Of a stretch of 64,000 bases of DNA, positions 52,401 through 62,900 are shown piece by piece (position 1 is the stretch's first letter; each line of letters starts with the position of its first letter). The DNA is from Heteronotia binoei (lineage: Eukaryota). The translations under genes and the position numbers were made by a program. The notes under the pieces were generated by a model that saw only the letters and a program-made list of their open reading frames with translations, was not told where the DNA came from and made no database searches. The DNA is taken from contig NC_083227.1 in the NCBI RefSeq assembly GCF_032191835.1, positions 76,508,001 through 76,572,000 on the forward strand, in the 5' to 3' direction.

Positions 52401-53630
52401 TTAATGGACCTGGCATTGCATAACACCAATGACGGAGGCGGGTCATCCAATCTGGCCCTACTACCTGTCACCGTCGGGATGGGACACAGACTGGAATGTG
52501 GTCGAGCACTGGCTGGTCTCGGCCCCCTTCCCCTATATCGTTGCCTGTTCCCACCACCATACCTCCCCTCCCCAGGAGCACTGGAATCCCTGGGCCAATC
52601 ATCCCTGCTAGTGGAACCGTTGTCGTAGCCACCGCCTCCAATGCCAACTAGCACCACCCTCAAATAACTCCCCAATCCACTCCACCCGCTAGCTCCCAAT
52701 TTCAAATCAACCCAATCAAGCCCAACCCACAATCTCCCTTTGTACATTAATTGGTAAAGCACGTAAGTTAAATCAAATGGCAATAATTGACTATAAATCC
52801 CTCCCTAATAAACCACCCTCAAATTAATTTGCCAAAAATTTGTATCATTCAGACCCAATCAGTACCATAAAACAATCACAATGAGTTAATTGACTAAATT
52901 CAATTAAACTAGCAATTCATGAGCGGATGGAGGTAGAAATTACAGGAAAGTGCTGTCGTGCTAATCAGTGCAAGTTCTTCCCAACCAGGATAAAGTGCGA
53001 AGTAGAGCGGTGAGTAAAGTGCTGAGCAGAGTAAAGTGCAGAGTGCAGGCGTCGAAATAGTGCCGTATTGGATGAAATACAGAGTAGCGGTCACACACCA
53101 AGGCGTAGGGTAACACATGTCCGGCAGCCAAGGGTTCAAATCCAGTATCCCTCGTGTAACCTGGCAGGTCCGGGAGGGATAACCCCCCCCTCGTGCCCCC
53201 CTGTCACGCTACAGGGCTCCACAGTTCCCCTGTGGAATTGACCAGTTCGTTAAGGTCTTTACTCTTTGAGGATCCTTGCTCTGTCCATGCGCCCAACAAC
53301 TCCCGGACTCTCTTCTCTGCTAACGGCACCTCAATCGCTGCCAATCCCCCCTTCCGTGGCGCTCCTCTCCGGCGGCTGGCCACGTCAGCAGCTCAGCCCC
53401 CCGATAGTTGCGTCCGTCATATGGGAGTCTCCGGCCCTGCTTTCCTCGGCATCGGCCGGCTCCACTCAACGCCACCCGGCTCCACTCATCAGTCGGTCGG
53501 CCACGCCCCAGCCAGATCGCCGCTTCGGCTGCCTCTGCGTCCGTAACGGGCCCCACCTTGCAAACTTACTATTTGCATTTAAAATGGCTGTCTTTTTTCT
53601 TGGAGACAAGCAGATGTCCTGTGTTTAGTA
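49490..53630 (-). mobile_element. Near full-length, relatively young L2 LINE with frameshifted EN-RT
   Basis: LVLCNARSINNK, ILGDFNVH, WSDH, FQSGFRPGHGTET, LLLDLSAAFD, YADDT, VTSRLDYCNA, QWNQLP; (TAAA)n tail at about 49490-49515; GC-rich 5' end at 53200-53560. Confidence 0.93.
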
Positions 53631-53782
53631 GCTTCCATGGCTGATCTTAGGACTAGCTTAGACTGACTGGTGACAGGGGCAGCGGTTAGGACTGGAGCAT
53701 GGGGAAATTATGGAGTTTGGGAGCACTTGGTTCTCTAACTGCAGTGAGGAGTTTTCTTCACTGATGCTCTCCTTTAATTTAG

Positions 53783-53942
53783 GCAAGGAACTTGCATGGA
53801 ATTTCTGGCAACTTTGTCATTACCTTTGGGCCCCATTGTTTCCCTTTGCCATCAAACATTTCGAGTCTTACTATGTTGAGATTTCAAACTCAAGACAATC
53901 ATCCAATTGGAAAGTATCCTTTTCATCTGACTGTTGTGTGGG
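53783..53942 (+). CDS. Candidate coding exon of an unidentified host gene (ARNLHGISGNFVITFGPHCFPLPSNISSLTMLRFQTQDNHPIGKYPFHLTVVW)
   Basis: Acceptor ...ctctcctttaatttag and donor GGG|gtatgt; 160 nt. Two of three frames are open, so the reading frame is uncertain. Confidence 0.45.
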
Positions 53943-54734
53943 GTATGTGTACTAGGTTTTAATAAAATTATCCAGGAATTCCACAGTGGAGATGGGGTCT
54001 CCCAATGCTTGTTGGGCCACACTGGTGAAACAAGCAAACCAGCCACTTATGTGTATGATACTTGCAGTGATCCTCATAAGTTTGAATGGATTCCACCATA
54101 GGATCTTAAATGCTTGTGTGGGGGGGGGGGGGGGAGTTGTATGTTAGAGATAAAAAGACCAGAAAATACCAAATAGAAGTAAGATCTTGTGTATTTCTAT
54201 TTGAATATGAAATATATATATATATGTTGATGGCTGGCTCTTTGGAATAAAAATAAATTAGGAACCAGGAGTTGTGCTGGTGGCTGGCTTTAGAAGGTGA
54301 TACTGTCGAAGTTTGTGTTCAAAGATATATAGTTGTGTAACCAAATTTTTTGTTTGCCCATGCTCTGTGAGAGATGTGATTTTAATGTTCCATTTTATTT
54401 AGTATTGCCAGCAAGATTGGTACATTTTTAGTTCTACCCAATTGCTATTGATTTTTATAGCAAGCCCCTGGCGATAAAGAGCAACTTCGCTGACATTTCA
54501 TATCAGTGCTTATTCTTATATTGCCAATTAGACATGCAGTCACCAAAGCTGTGTTTTTGCATCATCTTCGAGTTCCAAAGCTGTATTTTGTCTTTGTGTT
54601 CCAAGGAATGAAAAAGTGGTTTTCATGTCCTGCTGCATGATATCGAGCATGTTTGCATGAAAGATGTGCCAGATCAATTAGGAAAGTATTTCCCTCTTGT
54701 CTTGTACTAACTTCATTGTCCTGACAACACAACT

Positions 54735-54950
54735 GAGCCAGCGTGGTGTAGTGATTAAGGTGTTGGAATAAGACCTGGGGAACCCAGGTTCAAATCCTCA
54801 CTCTTAAGACTTGCTTATGGAAGATCAGGAAATTTTGGGACAGCCAGACACTCTCAGCCTAACCTACCTCACAGGGTTGTTGTGAGGAAAAAAACAGAGG
54901 AGAGGAAAACAATGTAAGCCACTTGGGGTCCCCACTGGGGAGAAGAGTGT
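54735..54950 (+). mobile_element. Squam3-like SINE
   Basis: gagccagcgtggtgtagtgattaagg head and the shared ctcagcctaacctacctcacagggttgttgtgagg body. Confidence 0.7.
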
Positions 54951-55376
54951 GGGGCTGAAGACAGAAATGTGGGTGGATCACACATTTGGCATATCAGCCT
55001 GAGCCGCTCACGTTGTGTCTGAAACGCTAAAAGGGCGCAGACATCTTACACTCATATTCTTGCTTCCTTTTGCTGACATGTATTCTTGATAAATTGCTGG
55101 CTGTATCGAATCTTGGAGGCTATGAAGACATAACCTCTTGCTAGTGAACAAATGCTTCCTATTTTCATTAACTGCCTAATTAGCATCAGCTAGATGTATA
55201 AATAAAACAAGGACTTGCAGAGAGAAAAGCAAGCTTTCCTCACTTCCTCAATACACGTGTCGAGAGTCTTCATTCCTACAGAAGAGTAGGATATAAATAA
55301 AGGAAATAAATAAACTGTAGTTGTTTCCATTTATTGTCACTTACATGTTCATTCCTTCTGGTCTTGCATGTGGAGG

Positions 55377-55835
55377 TGAGGCAGGAGTGAAAAAGAGTAT
55401 ATGTCTTTAAAAGGTAAAATAGAATTAGAATTGCACCCGCGCGAAAAGACAGGTGGTGTGTAGAAGGCAGCAGAACCGCCATGACACGATAGATGCTACG
55501 CTTCAGTTAAAACAGGAAATAAGAGCTGAACCTCAAGGTGTTAGAAAACAGGAAATATGCAAGATATGCTATGCTTGAGTGCAAAAAGGTATTATGTAGC
55601 AGGGAGTGGCAAATGCTTGCTGCCTGTGCTGGAAATTGTAGATGTTAGAGTGTGAGATGAAAAGTTATTTTAACCTGCCTATGCTGACATTTGAAAGTAT
55701 AAAAGTCTATGTAACCCTTATAACGGGGCTTGGCTTTTTTGGGTCACTAGACCCGTTTGAGTCTATCGGCACCATAATAAACCAGTCTGCTTCACCTGTC
55801 CTTGGAGCTGGTCTGTGTGTGTTTTTCCTGCAACA
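55377..55835 (+). repeat. ERV 5' LTR
   Basis: TATAAAA at 55698-55704 and AATAAA at 55776-55781; direct repeat of 61045-61489. Confidence 0.92.
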
Positions 55836-55840
55836 TTTTC

Positions 55841-55858
55841 TGGTGCATTGGCCAGGAA
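55841..55858 (+). promoter_or_regulatory. Primer binding site complementary to tRNA-Gly(GCC)
   Basis: tggtgcattggccaggaa versus the expected TGGTGCATTGGCCGGGAA (17/18), 5 nt after the 5' LTR. Confidence 0.85.
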
Positions 55859-56808
55859 AGGGGGCCGGAAACCACCACAGGTGGATGGGTCCTTTAGACC
55901 CTCTTGGCCCTCGGGTCTGCCGGCCTCATGCTGTGGAACTCCTGGACCTTGACTAGGCACCACAGTCCTGTTGACCAAGTCTGGCACCCTGAGTTCTGAT
56001 GGTCCAATACCACCATCCTGATCGTCCAACAACCCTGGCAGGAGGCTGAACCAGACCCCTGGGAAAACCTTCCGGAGTATGAGTATAGGTAACTGGGTTT
56101 CTGGCCACTCCCGTTTGGAGTGAAGAAGGGCTTGATAACCCCCTGTATCCCGACCTTGAGAGCAGATCAGATGGATCTTGCTCGACTGGCAGTGATAAGG
56201 ACTGGGGTTGGGATTTGTGGCTTGTGTGTGTGTGAATGAGAGGGTTGCCAAGTGAGAGTGGACTCCTGTTTTACGTGCATTTCCCAGTCGGGCGACTGCA
56301 TTGGGTCACAGAAGGGAGGAAGCGGTTGAATAAGGGTACCCTCTTTGTGTTTTGGGGTACCAGAGCCCTTACTGGTATCCCACCACCCTTTTACCCCTTG
56401 TGTTCAGTTGTCTTGTCTGTCTGGTACCATGGGAGAGAGTCAGTCAGGACTCATAACTCCGTTGGAGTAAATAATTGCTTATTTTAAGGAACTTTTTAAA
56501 AAAGGAAGTTGGGGTTTCGAGGTCAACCCCTAAAGAAATTAAGAGCACCATTTTCCCAGAACAATTTTTAGTATTTGGTAACACTTAGGCCCTTATGTGT
56601 TGCCCCAGGAAAAGATTAGGAAAACTAGTAAACGGAAGAAAAAAGAGACACCACGCATTTTTCAAATCCCTGAGACCTCTGAAGCTGATGACTCATTTCC
56701 TTTTGTCCCCATTTAGCCTTTGTTTTCTCAAAACTACTGGGCCAGTTGCTGACATCCAATCTAGTGTAATAGTTATCAGGGTTTTTTTAGATGGGCTAGG
56801 AGTGACTC

Positions 56809-57294
56809 ATGGATGACTTCTGTAGACATGATTGGGGGTTTTGGACACAGAAGGAGAGATTCGAGGCATTAGTCTGCCCTTGGGTAGCAACAGAAAGAAA
56901 GCTATCTTTTTGCTGGGAAGGGGACTTGTGTCCTAAATATAGGTTCCAATTCTAGAAAGGAACTGATCAAGATACAACAGCTTGGGTGATTAGAAAACAA
57001 GGGAAGACATGGAACGAGGATTGGAGGGCCTGATGGAATAATTGGTGTTTTCTTAGGGAAATCAGTAAAGATCACATTCAGGTGTGGGAAATAACTAACA
57101 CAAGGGCTGGAGAGGAGACCACCAATTATACAGAAGGGTGGGAAAATCAGATTATATATAATATTCCATATCTAGACAATTTCCATTCAAATAATTGCTT
57201 CCTATGTGGAGAGGTGGAATTACATACAGGAAGTTCAGCTGAATCAGACGCGTCAAGCTCGGAAGGGTCAATAGAGTCTGAGGAGTATTGGTGA
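56809..57294 (+). pseudogene. Orphan Trp-rich ORF inside the ERV (161 codons, two in-frame stops)
   Basis: One continuous frame MDDFCRHDWGFWTQKERF...CPKYRFQF*...NEDWRA*WNNWCF...NNCFLCGEVELH...SEEYW*; preceded by an acceptor-like gtttttttag at 56781-56790. Confidence 0.4.
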
Positions 57295-57440
57295 GAAGAG
57301 ACCTTAAACCAGGGGCTACATCCTTGGAAACCAGAAGATGTAGAGGCAGTGTAGGAGGCCTCTTTGTTTATAGAAGAAGAACTGGTAGTAGTTGGAGAGG
57401 TTTCAGACAGTAACAAAAACAGTGAAATAGAAGTGGAATA

Positions 57441-57749
57441 TTGAGCCATATGTTTGCCATTAGCCCCCAAGACTTTGGACAGGAAGATGACCCAGGGTGG
57501 TCCCCAACTTGGCATTGGACCATGTTTGGTTGTCAGTTTGAAGACCCCCTCCAACATCCATATGGTCCAATAATTACTGAATCAGGATATCTGTGTCCTT
57601 GGTTTAAATATAGAATTTGTCATTACGATGAAGGCAGAGCAGGAGGCTGGGGTAAGGTAGAATACAAAACCCGACTCCGCTTCCACACACGAATTTGGAA
57701 GACTCATTTTTATTTTCAACACAGACCGGGAAAGCCTGAAAGGTTCTGA
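57441..57749 (+). CDS. Orphan ORF inside the ERV (102 aa, aromatic-rich)
   Basis: Uninterrupted ORF with no gag, pol or env motifs that I recognise. Confidence 0.35.
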   Translation: MSHMFAISPQDFGQEDDPGWSPTWHWTMFGCQFEDPLQHPYGPIITESGYLCPWFKYRICHYDEGRAGGWGKVEYKTRLRFHTRIWKTHFYFQHRPGKPERF

Positions 57750-57958
57750 CTGTTCAGGCAGATATCAGATCTTCACCCACCAGAATTGTTTTTGGCTCAG
57801 GAAACATCCAGCCCAGTAATCTCTCCCTAAGGAAAATTAATAGATAAGGCAAGGTTACATTCCCTAAATTGTCCCAAGTGCACTCCACCACCCACACAGC
57901 CCCTATCCTTACAGGGAATCCCTGACTACCCCCTTTCTGAAGGAGAGCGTGCCACAAA

Positions 57959-58081
57959 ATGATTCCAGAGGGGAATGTAACTGGAGAACCAGAGCAACAG
58001 GAGACATGTATATACATACTGGTTCCTTTTCTAATTATTTTTGCTATACTTGTTTGGATATGGGACACCTATTGGCCGTAG
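57959..58081 (+). CDS. 40-aa single-pass membrane micro-ORF inside the ERV
   Basis: MIPEGNVTGEPEQQETCIYILVPFLIIFAILVWIWDTYWP*: acidic N-terminus with an NVT sequon followed by an 18-residue hydrophobic stretch. Confidence 0.4.
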   Translation: MIPEGNVTGEPEQQETCIYILVPFLIIFAILVWIWDTYWP

Positions 58082-58454
58082 GAGTGGATCCCCCACCTTC
58101 TCTTGGGAGGAGGACGAGCCTCTCCACAAGCTATAAGAGCAGATTGGAAAGAAGGGAATTTTGGCTCCCTCCCCCAATATAGAACAGTTAAAAGAAAATG
58201 ATGAGTGCTGAAGAAGAGCCAAACATCCAGTTGAGTTATGGGTCAGCCTTATAAATAAAATTTTAATATTAACTAGGCATAAACTTATACTACAAGTATT
58301 ATGTAGCAGGGAGTGGCAAATGCTTTCCGCCTGTGCTGGAAATTGTAGATGTTAGTATAAGTTTATGCCTAGTTAATATTAAAATGAAGACACTTAATAG
58401 AACAAAGAAAATTAAGTAGTGGTGATAAATGTTTATGCCCTGAAGTCAGAGGAG

Positions 58455-58950
58455 GATGTAAATGCCCGGGTGGAATGGGAAGTCAAATATACTGCAGCCA
58501 GATTGAATAAAAGCAACTGTTATGCTTAATGTATCAGGCAGGCTAGTATCGCTGGTGATTCCTATCCCGTTGGGACACAATAAAGACCATAGCACAGCAT
58601 GATCTTACCTCCACATCAGCCAAAGGCAGCCTGGAGCAACGAGTTGTGGAGATCTCTCTCTCATTGCTCTCTGCCATCTCTTAAGGATAGGAACCTGGGG
58701 TACCCCCTGCATTCTCAAAGGCCTGCGGTAATCACTCTGTTTGCCTGAAGAGGCAAGGAATTAATACACCAAAGGTGTGGGCACTCTGGGAACATGCACA
58801 GTGATCCTTGGAAGCACAGAGGTGAGAGCGGAGGAGAGTATTTGCTCCTGGATGGGAGACCCTTGGGCTGACCTGTAGCGATGTTGTGGAGGAAAGTGTT
58901 GGGGTATACTTTTCTGTCCAACTGGTCTGAAATCTGTGCAACCAATTGGC
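58455..58950 (+). pseudogene. ERV env SU fragment
   Basis: DVNARVEWEVKYTAARLNKSNCYA...SGRL..PIPLG and WADL*RCCGG...PNWSEICA match class I ERV env motifs (DVNAWLEW..Y....NKSNCYAC; RADVWWYCG..LP.NW.GTC). Confidence 0.75.
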
Positions 58951-59989
58951 CATACCTTCTACTCTGGCATTTAAACAAAAGTCTACACCTAAACAAAGTG
59001 AATGAATTATATTACTTATTACATGGTAGGTGCACACTTATAGGAACATGACTAGAGGCAAAAAGCCATATGAAGTGTTTATAATTAGGAATAGAGAAAA
59101 TAAGTTTGCTTGCTTGTCGGGGTTGCTGAGGCAGTTTGGCTAAACATACATTTTGCTAAAGTCTCGCTGAGATTGTTAGGATCAGGGAACACAACATAAG
59201 ATACTCTGTCATATGAGGAATCTAGTAAATGAAAGTTAGGGGCCAAACAAAGTAAGTAATGAGAGATTGTAAATAGAGAAGAGACTTTTTGTAATGTACT
59301 TAGGTGTCCCAGAATAGCTTGTGAACTGCAAATGGAGGAGGGAACTTCTCCGGTTGGGTAGGAAATCAAAGGTTTAAATCTTGACCCGTTGAGTGTGCCT
59401 ACATTTTAAGAATACCTTTAAAAGCCCGAAGAGCCACAACTGAGAAAACAGTGAAAAATGTGCTCCAGTTTGTGAACCATTTGTCAGTGTTTGACTTAAA
59501 AATCACACACCAAAAAGAGGAAGATACTTATCTGGTTCAGTTCTCCACTCCTCATTCATCACAAGGCTATTTAAAGAAGTCTCTAATATACGAGATAGCC
59601 TACGGGCTGAAAGCGCCAACTGGACCACAAGTGGCAAGACCAAGGTATTTCAACATGTTCCATTAATCCTTCTGAAATGGGAACTGCAGCCAAGCATAAT
59701 GTATAAACTTTCAGTCCAAGCCCAATGATCACTTTTTCAAAGGCTCGTGGAGTGAATGGAGCTCTCCTGCCTACATCCAGACTGCACAGCGAATGCCAAA
59801 GGAAATAGATAATATAGTCCGAATGGTAATATCTTCTGTGGCCTTCCTTATGCTGCTTATTCCTAATATTTGACCCTAATATTTTGGAAGAGCAAGATTA
59901 AACCCATTGTGTGGCCAACCATTCCTAGCCATGAGGAAACTCTGGTTGAACTTTCTAAATTGGGAAAGAACTCTGAGGTAATAGTTTTT

Positions 59990-60600
59990 AACCCGGAGAG
60001 TGTTGGGGATGGTCACATCCACAAGGTGGACAGCATTCAAGCCAAAGCAGAACAGTGACAGTCTCAACAGTTGCTGCTTCCTATTGATATCCCTGAGACA
60101 GCTGGGAACAGCAGCAGCGATCAGTTCATCCATGCCAATCCACATACCCCTTGCCACCCAGTGTACGCCCGCAGTCAAGTTGAGGATGCTTATGTCAGTC
60201 CGAATGTGACATTTGCCTGCCAAATAGAAGGTCAAATCTCCCCCTTCGAGGCAATGTTTGGTCGTCTCCCTTACCCCTGATTATTAAACCGGGGGGGGGG
60301 GGGGAGAGAGCTAGAACAGTTGGGCAATTTAATCACACAGCAAAAATTATAAGCAGTGGGTAGGACTATAAATAAGATCTTGGACTATGTGCAAGAGAGC
60401 CTCCCATACCAAGTGGTCACCCCTATGCATTCTTATCGACCAGGAGATTTTGTTTGGGTCAAAAATCGGAGAACACAACCCTGGCAGTCTAAATGAAAGG
60501 GTCCTTACATGGTGTTGTTAAGTCCTCCCTCCCCACAGCTGTTAAGGCTTCTGGAATTGCCGCATAGGTCCACTGGTCACTCTTAAAAACAGCTGCTAAA
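59990..60600 (+). pseudogene. ERV integrase remnant
   Basis: Decayed core (TRWTAF; IPETAGNSS; HTPCHP..SQVE), SPFEAMFGRLP, and a GPY/F module (KGPYMVLL...VHWSLLK). Confidence 0.75.
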
Positions 60601-60819
60601 TCCTGGGCAGTGCAGCCGGTCCCTGGGGAACATTTAAGACTCCAGTTCCAGAAGACAACCTCTGGCCTCAGTCCACCGGAGGCGGCTGAAGGTCACAGGC
60701 AACGCTATAGGAAACAACCCCTGGCCCCAGCCCACCAGAAGTGGCTGGGGGCCACAGACAACACTGCAATCCTTTGCTCCTGTTACACCAGAAGCTAACA
60801 AGTTTATGCACAGGCGAAG

Positions 60820-60960
60820 ATGAATTGGGACCAGTCGATACTGTTTACTATATTAGTAGCCATGTTCTTAAGGGAAAGGGAAAGTATATATGCAAATACA
60901 ATAGATGCCAAATATCTGATGCCCCTTGGGGATGATGAACCAAGTAATGGAAATCCATGA
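60820..60960 (+). pseudogene. env leader fused to env tail (internal deletion)
   Basis: MNWDQSILFTILVAMFL signal-like start directly after the integrase end, closing about 70 bp before the PPT. Confidence 0.45.
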
Positions 60961-61044
60961 GTCCTTAAAGCAGGGTGACCAGACTCCTCTCTTTAAATCA
61001 AGAGAAAACTCTGGAGTTCCAGAGAGAATTCTGGAAGGGGGGAA

Positions 61045-61489
61045 TGAGACAGCAGTGAAAAAGAGTATATGTCTTTAAAAGGTCAAATGGTATTAGAATT
61101 GCACCCATATTAGGGTAGAAGGCAGCAGAACCGCCATGACGAGATAGATGCTACACTTCAGTTAAAACAGGAAATAAGAGCCAAACCACAAGGAGTTAGA
61201 AAACAGGACATGTGCAAGATATGCTATGCTTGAGTGAAAAGGGTGTTATGTAGCAGGAAGTGGCAAATGCTGGCCACCCGCGCTAGAAATTGTAGATGTT
61301 AGAGAGTGAGATGAAAAGTTATTTTAACCTGCCTATGCTGACATTTGAAGGTATAAAAGTCTGTGTAACCCTTATAATGGGGCTTGGTTTTTTTGGGTCA
61401 CTAGACCCGGCTGAGTCTATTGGCGCCGTAATAAACCAGTCTGCTTCACCTGTCCTCAGAGTTGGTCTGTGTGTGTTTTTCCTGCAACA
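61045..61489 (+). repeat. ERV 3' LTR
   Basis: Direct repeat of the 5' LTR with multiple substitutions and a short indel; follows the PPT. Confidence 0.92.
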
Positions 61490-61753
61490 GAGGCACATTT
61501 AGTGTATACCTCCTTGTGCAATCTGGCCAGGTGGCGTGATATTCAGGTGCCTTTTACTGCCAGAAATCAAGGATTGAAAACTGGCAATACTGTGTGGCTG
61601 TCTAATAATGACTACTGAGGGCATTCCTTTCTTAACTCTGCTTAGCGCTGCTTTTATTATTTTGGGAGGTTTCAACCTCCAGATAGTCAGTCAAGTCAGT
61701 CTGTCTATCTATCATCTACCAATAATCTATCTATTTATCTTACTTTTTTCCAG

Positions 61754-61795
61754 GATTGTCTGCAAACGTGGGGTGTTTTTCAGGTTTGTAGAAAG
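61754..61795 (+). CDS. Candidate 42-nt exon (DCLQTWGVFQVCRK or IVCKRGVFFRFVE)
   Basis: Strong acceptor ...tcttacttttttccag and donor AAG|gtatgt; frame ambiguous. Confidence 0.45.
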
Positions 61796-62216
61796 GTATG
61801 TCTTGTTTGTCCATACTTCCAGGCTCCAGGTTTAAATTTCCACTGATTTGGCCATGTTGAGATTTAGGTATTTATATTAGATATTGTTTAACATACTAAT
61901 GCTTTTGCATCTTTCTGTGCCGCACCCAGACCCTGCTACAGTGGTTTGGTGGACTTCTGAGGGAATAATGTATTCCTGTGTTCTGAGAACACTTGTACCT
62001 ATCACTTTTTCAGAATCAGATAACTAATGAGATTTTCATTTTTGTTTATTGAGAAAAAAACATCTTTTCCATCTCAAATGTGGTCACCTGAACAAACACA
62101 AAATGCAGTTAATATAAAACTATAAAGTAAAAATATAAAGATCCTGCACACCACTTCATGATTTTTTGTACTAATGTAGTAGACAACTTTGACTATTAGT
62201 TTTTTGTCTTTTTCAG

Positions 62217-62294
62217 TCCAAATCCCTGGGTGACATTACTTCTTTTATGAAACAGCTTCTGACAACTGAAAATATATTTCATCCCTCTGATGAA
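62217..62294 (+). CDS. Candidate 78-nt exon (SKSLGDITSFMKQLLTTENIFHPSDE)
   Basis: Branch-like tactaat, acceptor ...ttttttgtctttttcag, donor GAA|gtaggc; only phase 0 is open. Confidence 0.45.
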
Positions 62295-62570
62295 GTAGGC
62301 TCTTGTCCATAAATGTTGATGCCACCATAAATCTGTTAGGGTTTTAAGATGCTATAAGGTTCCCTTTTTGTGCTGCCTGAAATGGACAAAAATTGCTGTG
62401 AAATTTGTTCTAGAGGTTATTGCTTTTATACCATCCTGCAGAGGGTGCTTGTTCTTTAGATAAAAGGTGTGGTATTAAATGCCAGAGATTGATAATAATT
62501 TTAAGAAGATACAAATAGTTTTGAAATTGGAGGTACCCCCCCCCCCCCTCACTGTATAAGTAGATTCTGT

Positions 62571-62838
62571 GCATCCAGTTTGGTGTAGTGATTAAATGTG
62601 CGGACTGTTATCTGGAAGAACCAGGTTTGATTCCCCACTCCTTCACTTGCATCTGCTGGAATGGCCTTGGATCAGCCATAACTCTGGCAGAAGTTGTCCT
62701 TGAAAGGGCAGCTGCTGTGAGAGTCCTCTCAGCCCCACCCACCTCACAGGGTGTCTGTTGTGGGGGAGGAAGATAAAGGAGATTCTGAGCTGCTCTGAGA
62801 CTCTGAGATTTGGAGTGGAGGGTGGGATATAAATCCAT
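62571..62838 (+). mobile_element. Squam3-like SINE
   Basis: Near-identical to 5680-5959 and 47223-47476. Confidence 0.85.

Positions 62839-62898
<60 letters not shown>
62839..62898. repeat. (ATC)20 microsatellite grown from the SINE tail
   Basis: Perfect 60-bp trinucleotide run; explains the poly-D and poly-M ORFs in the track. Confidence 0.98.

Positions 62899-62900
<2 letters not shown>

Larger units (their letters stand above)
55377..61489 (+). mobile_element. Class I (gamma/epsilon-like) endogenous retrovirus, defective and rearranged
   Basis: LTRs tgag...aaca at 55377-55835 and 61045-61489; 4-bp TSD GAGG (55373-55376, 61490-61493); PBS; PPT ggaaggggggaa (61033-61044); env-SU and integrase remnants. 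Confidence 0.92.

Noticed and set aside
49761-53644. Numerous overlapping ORFs on both strands
   Set aside because: They are fragments or shadows of the L2 element and its GC-rich 5' end.
57197-57230. CFLCGEVELH as a gag zinc knuckle
   Set aside because: Spacing does not fit CX2CX4HX4C and no capsid motif lies upstream, so gag is not called.
61608-61835. Hydrophobic 75-aa ORF
   Set aside because: Its hydrophobicity comes from the T-rich polypyrimidine tract in front of the 61754 candidate exon.
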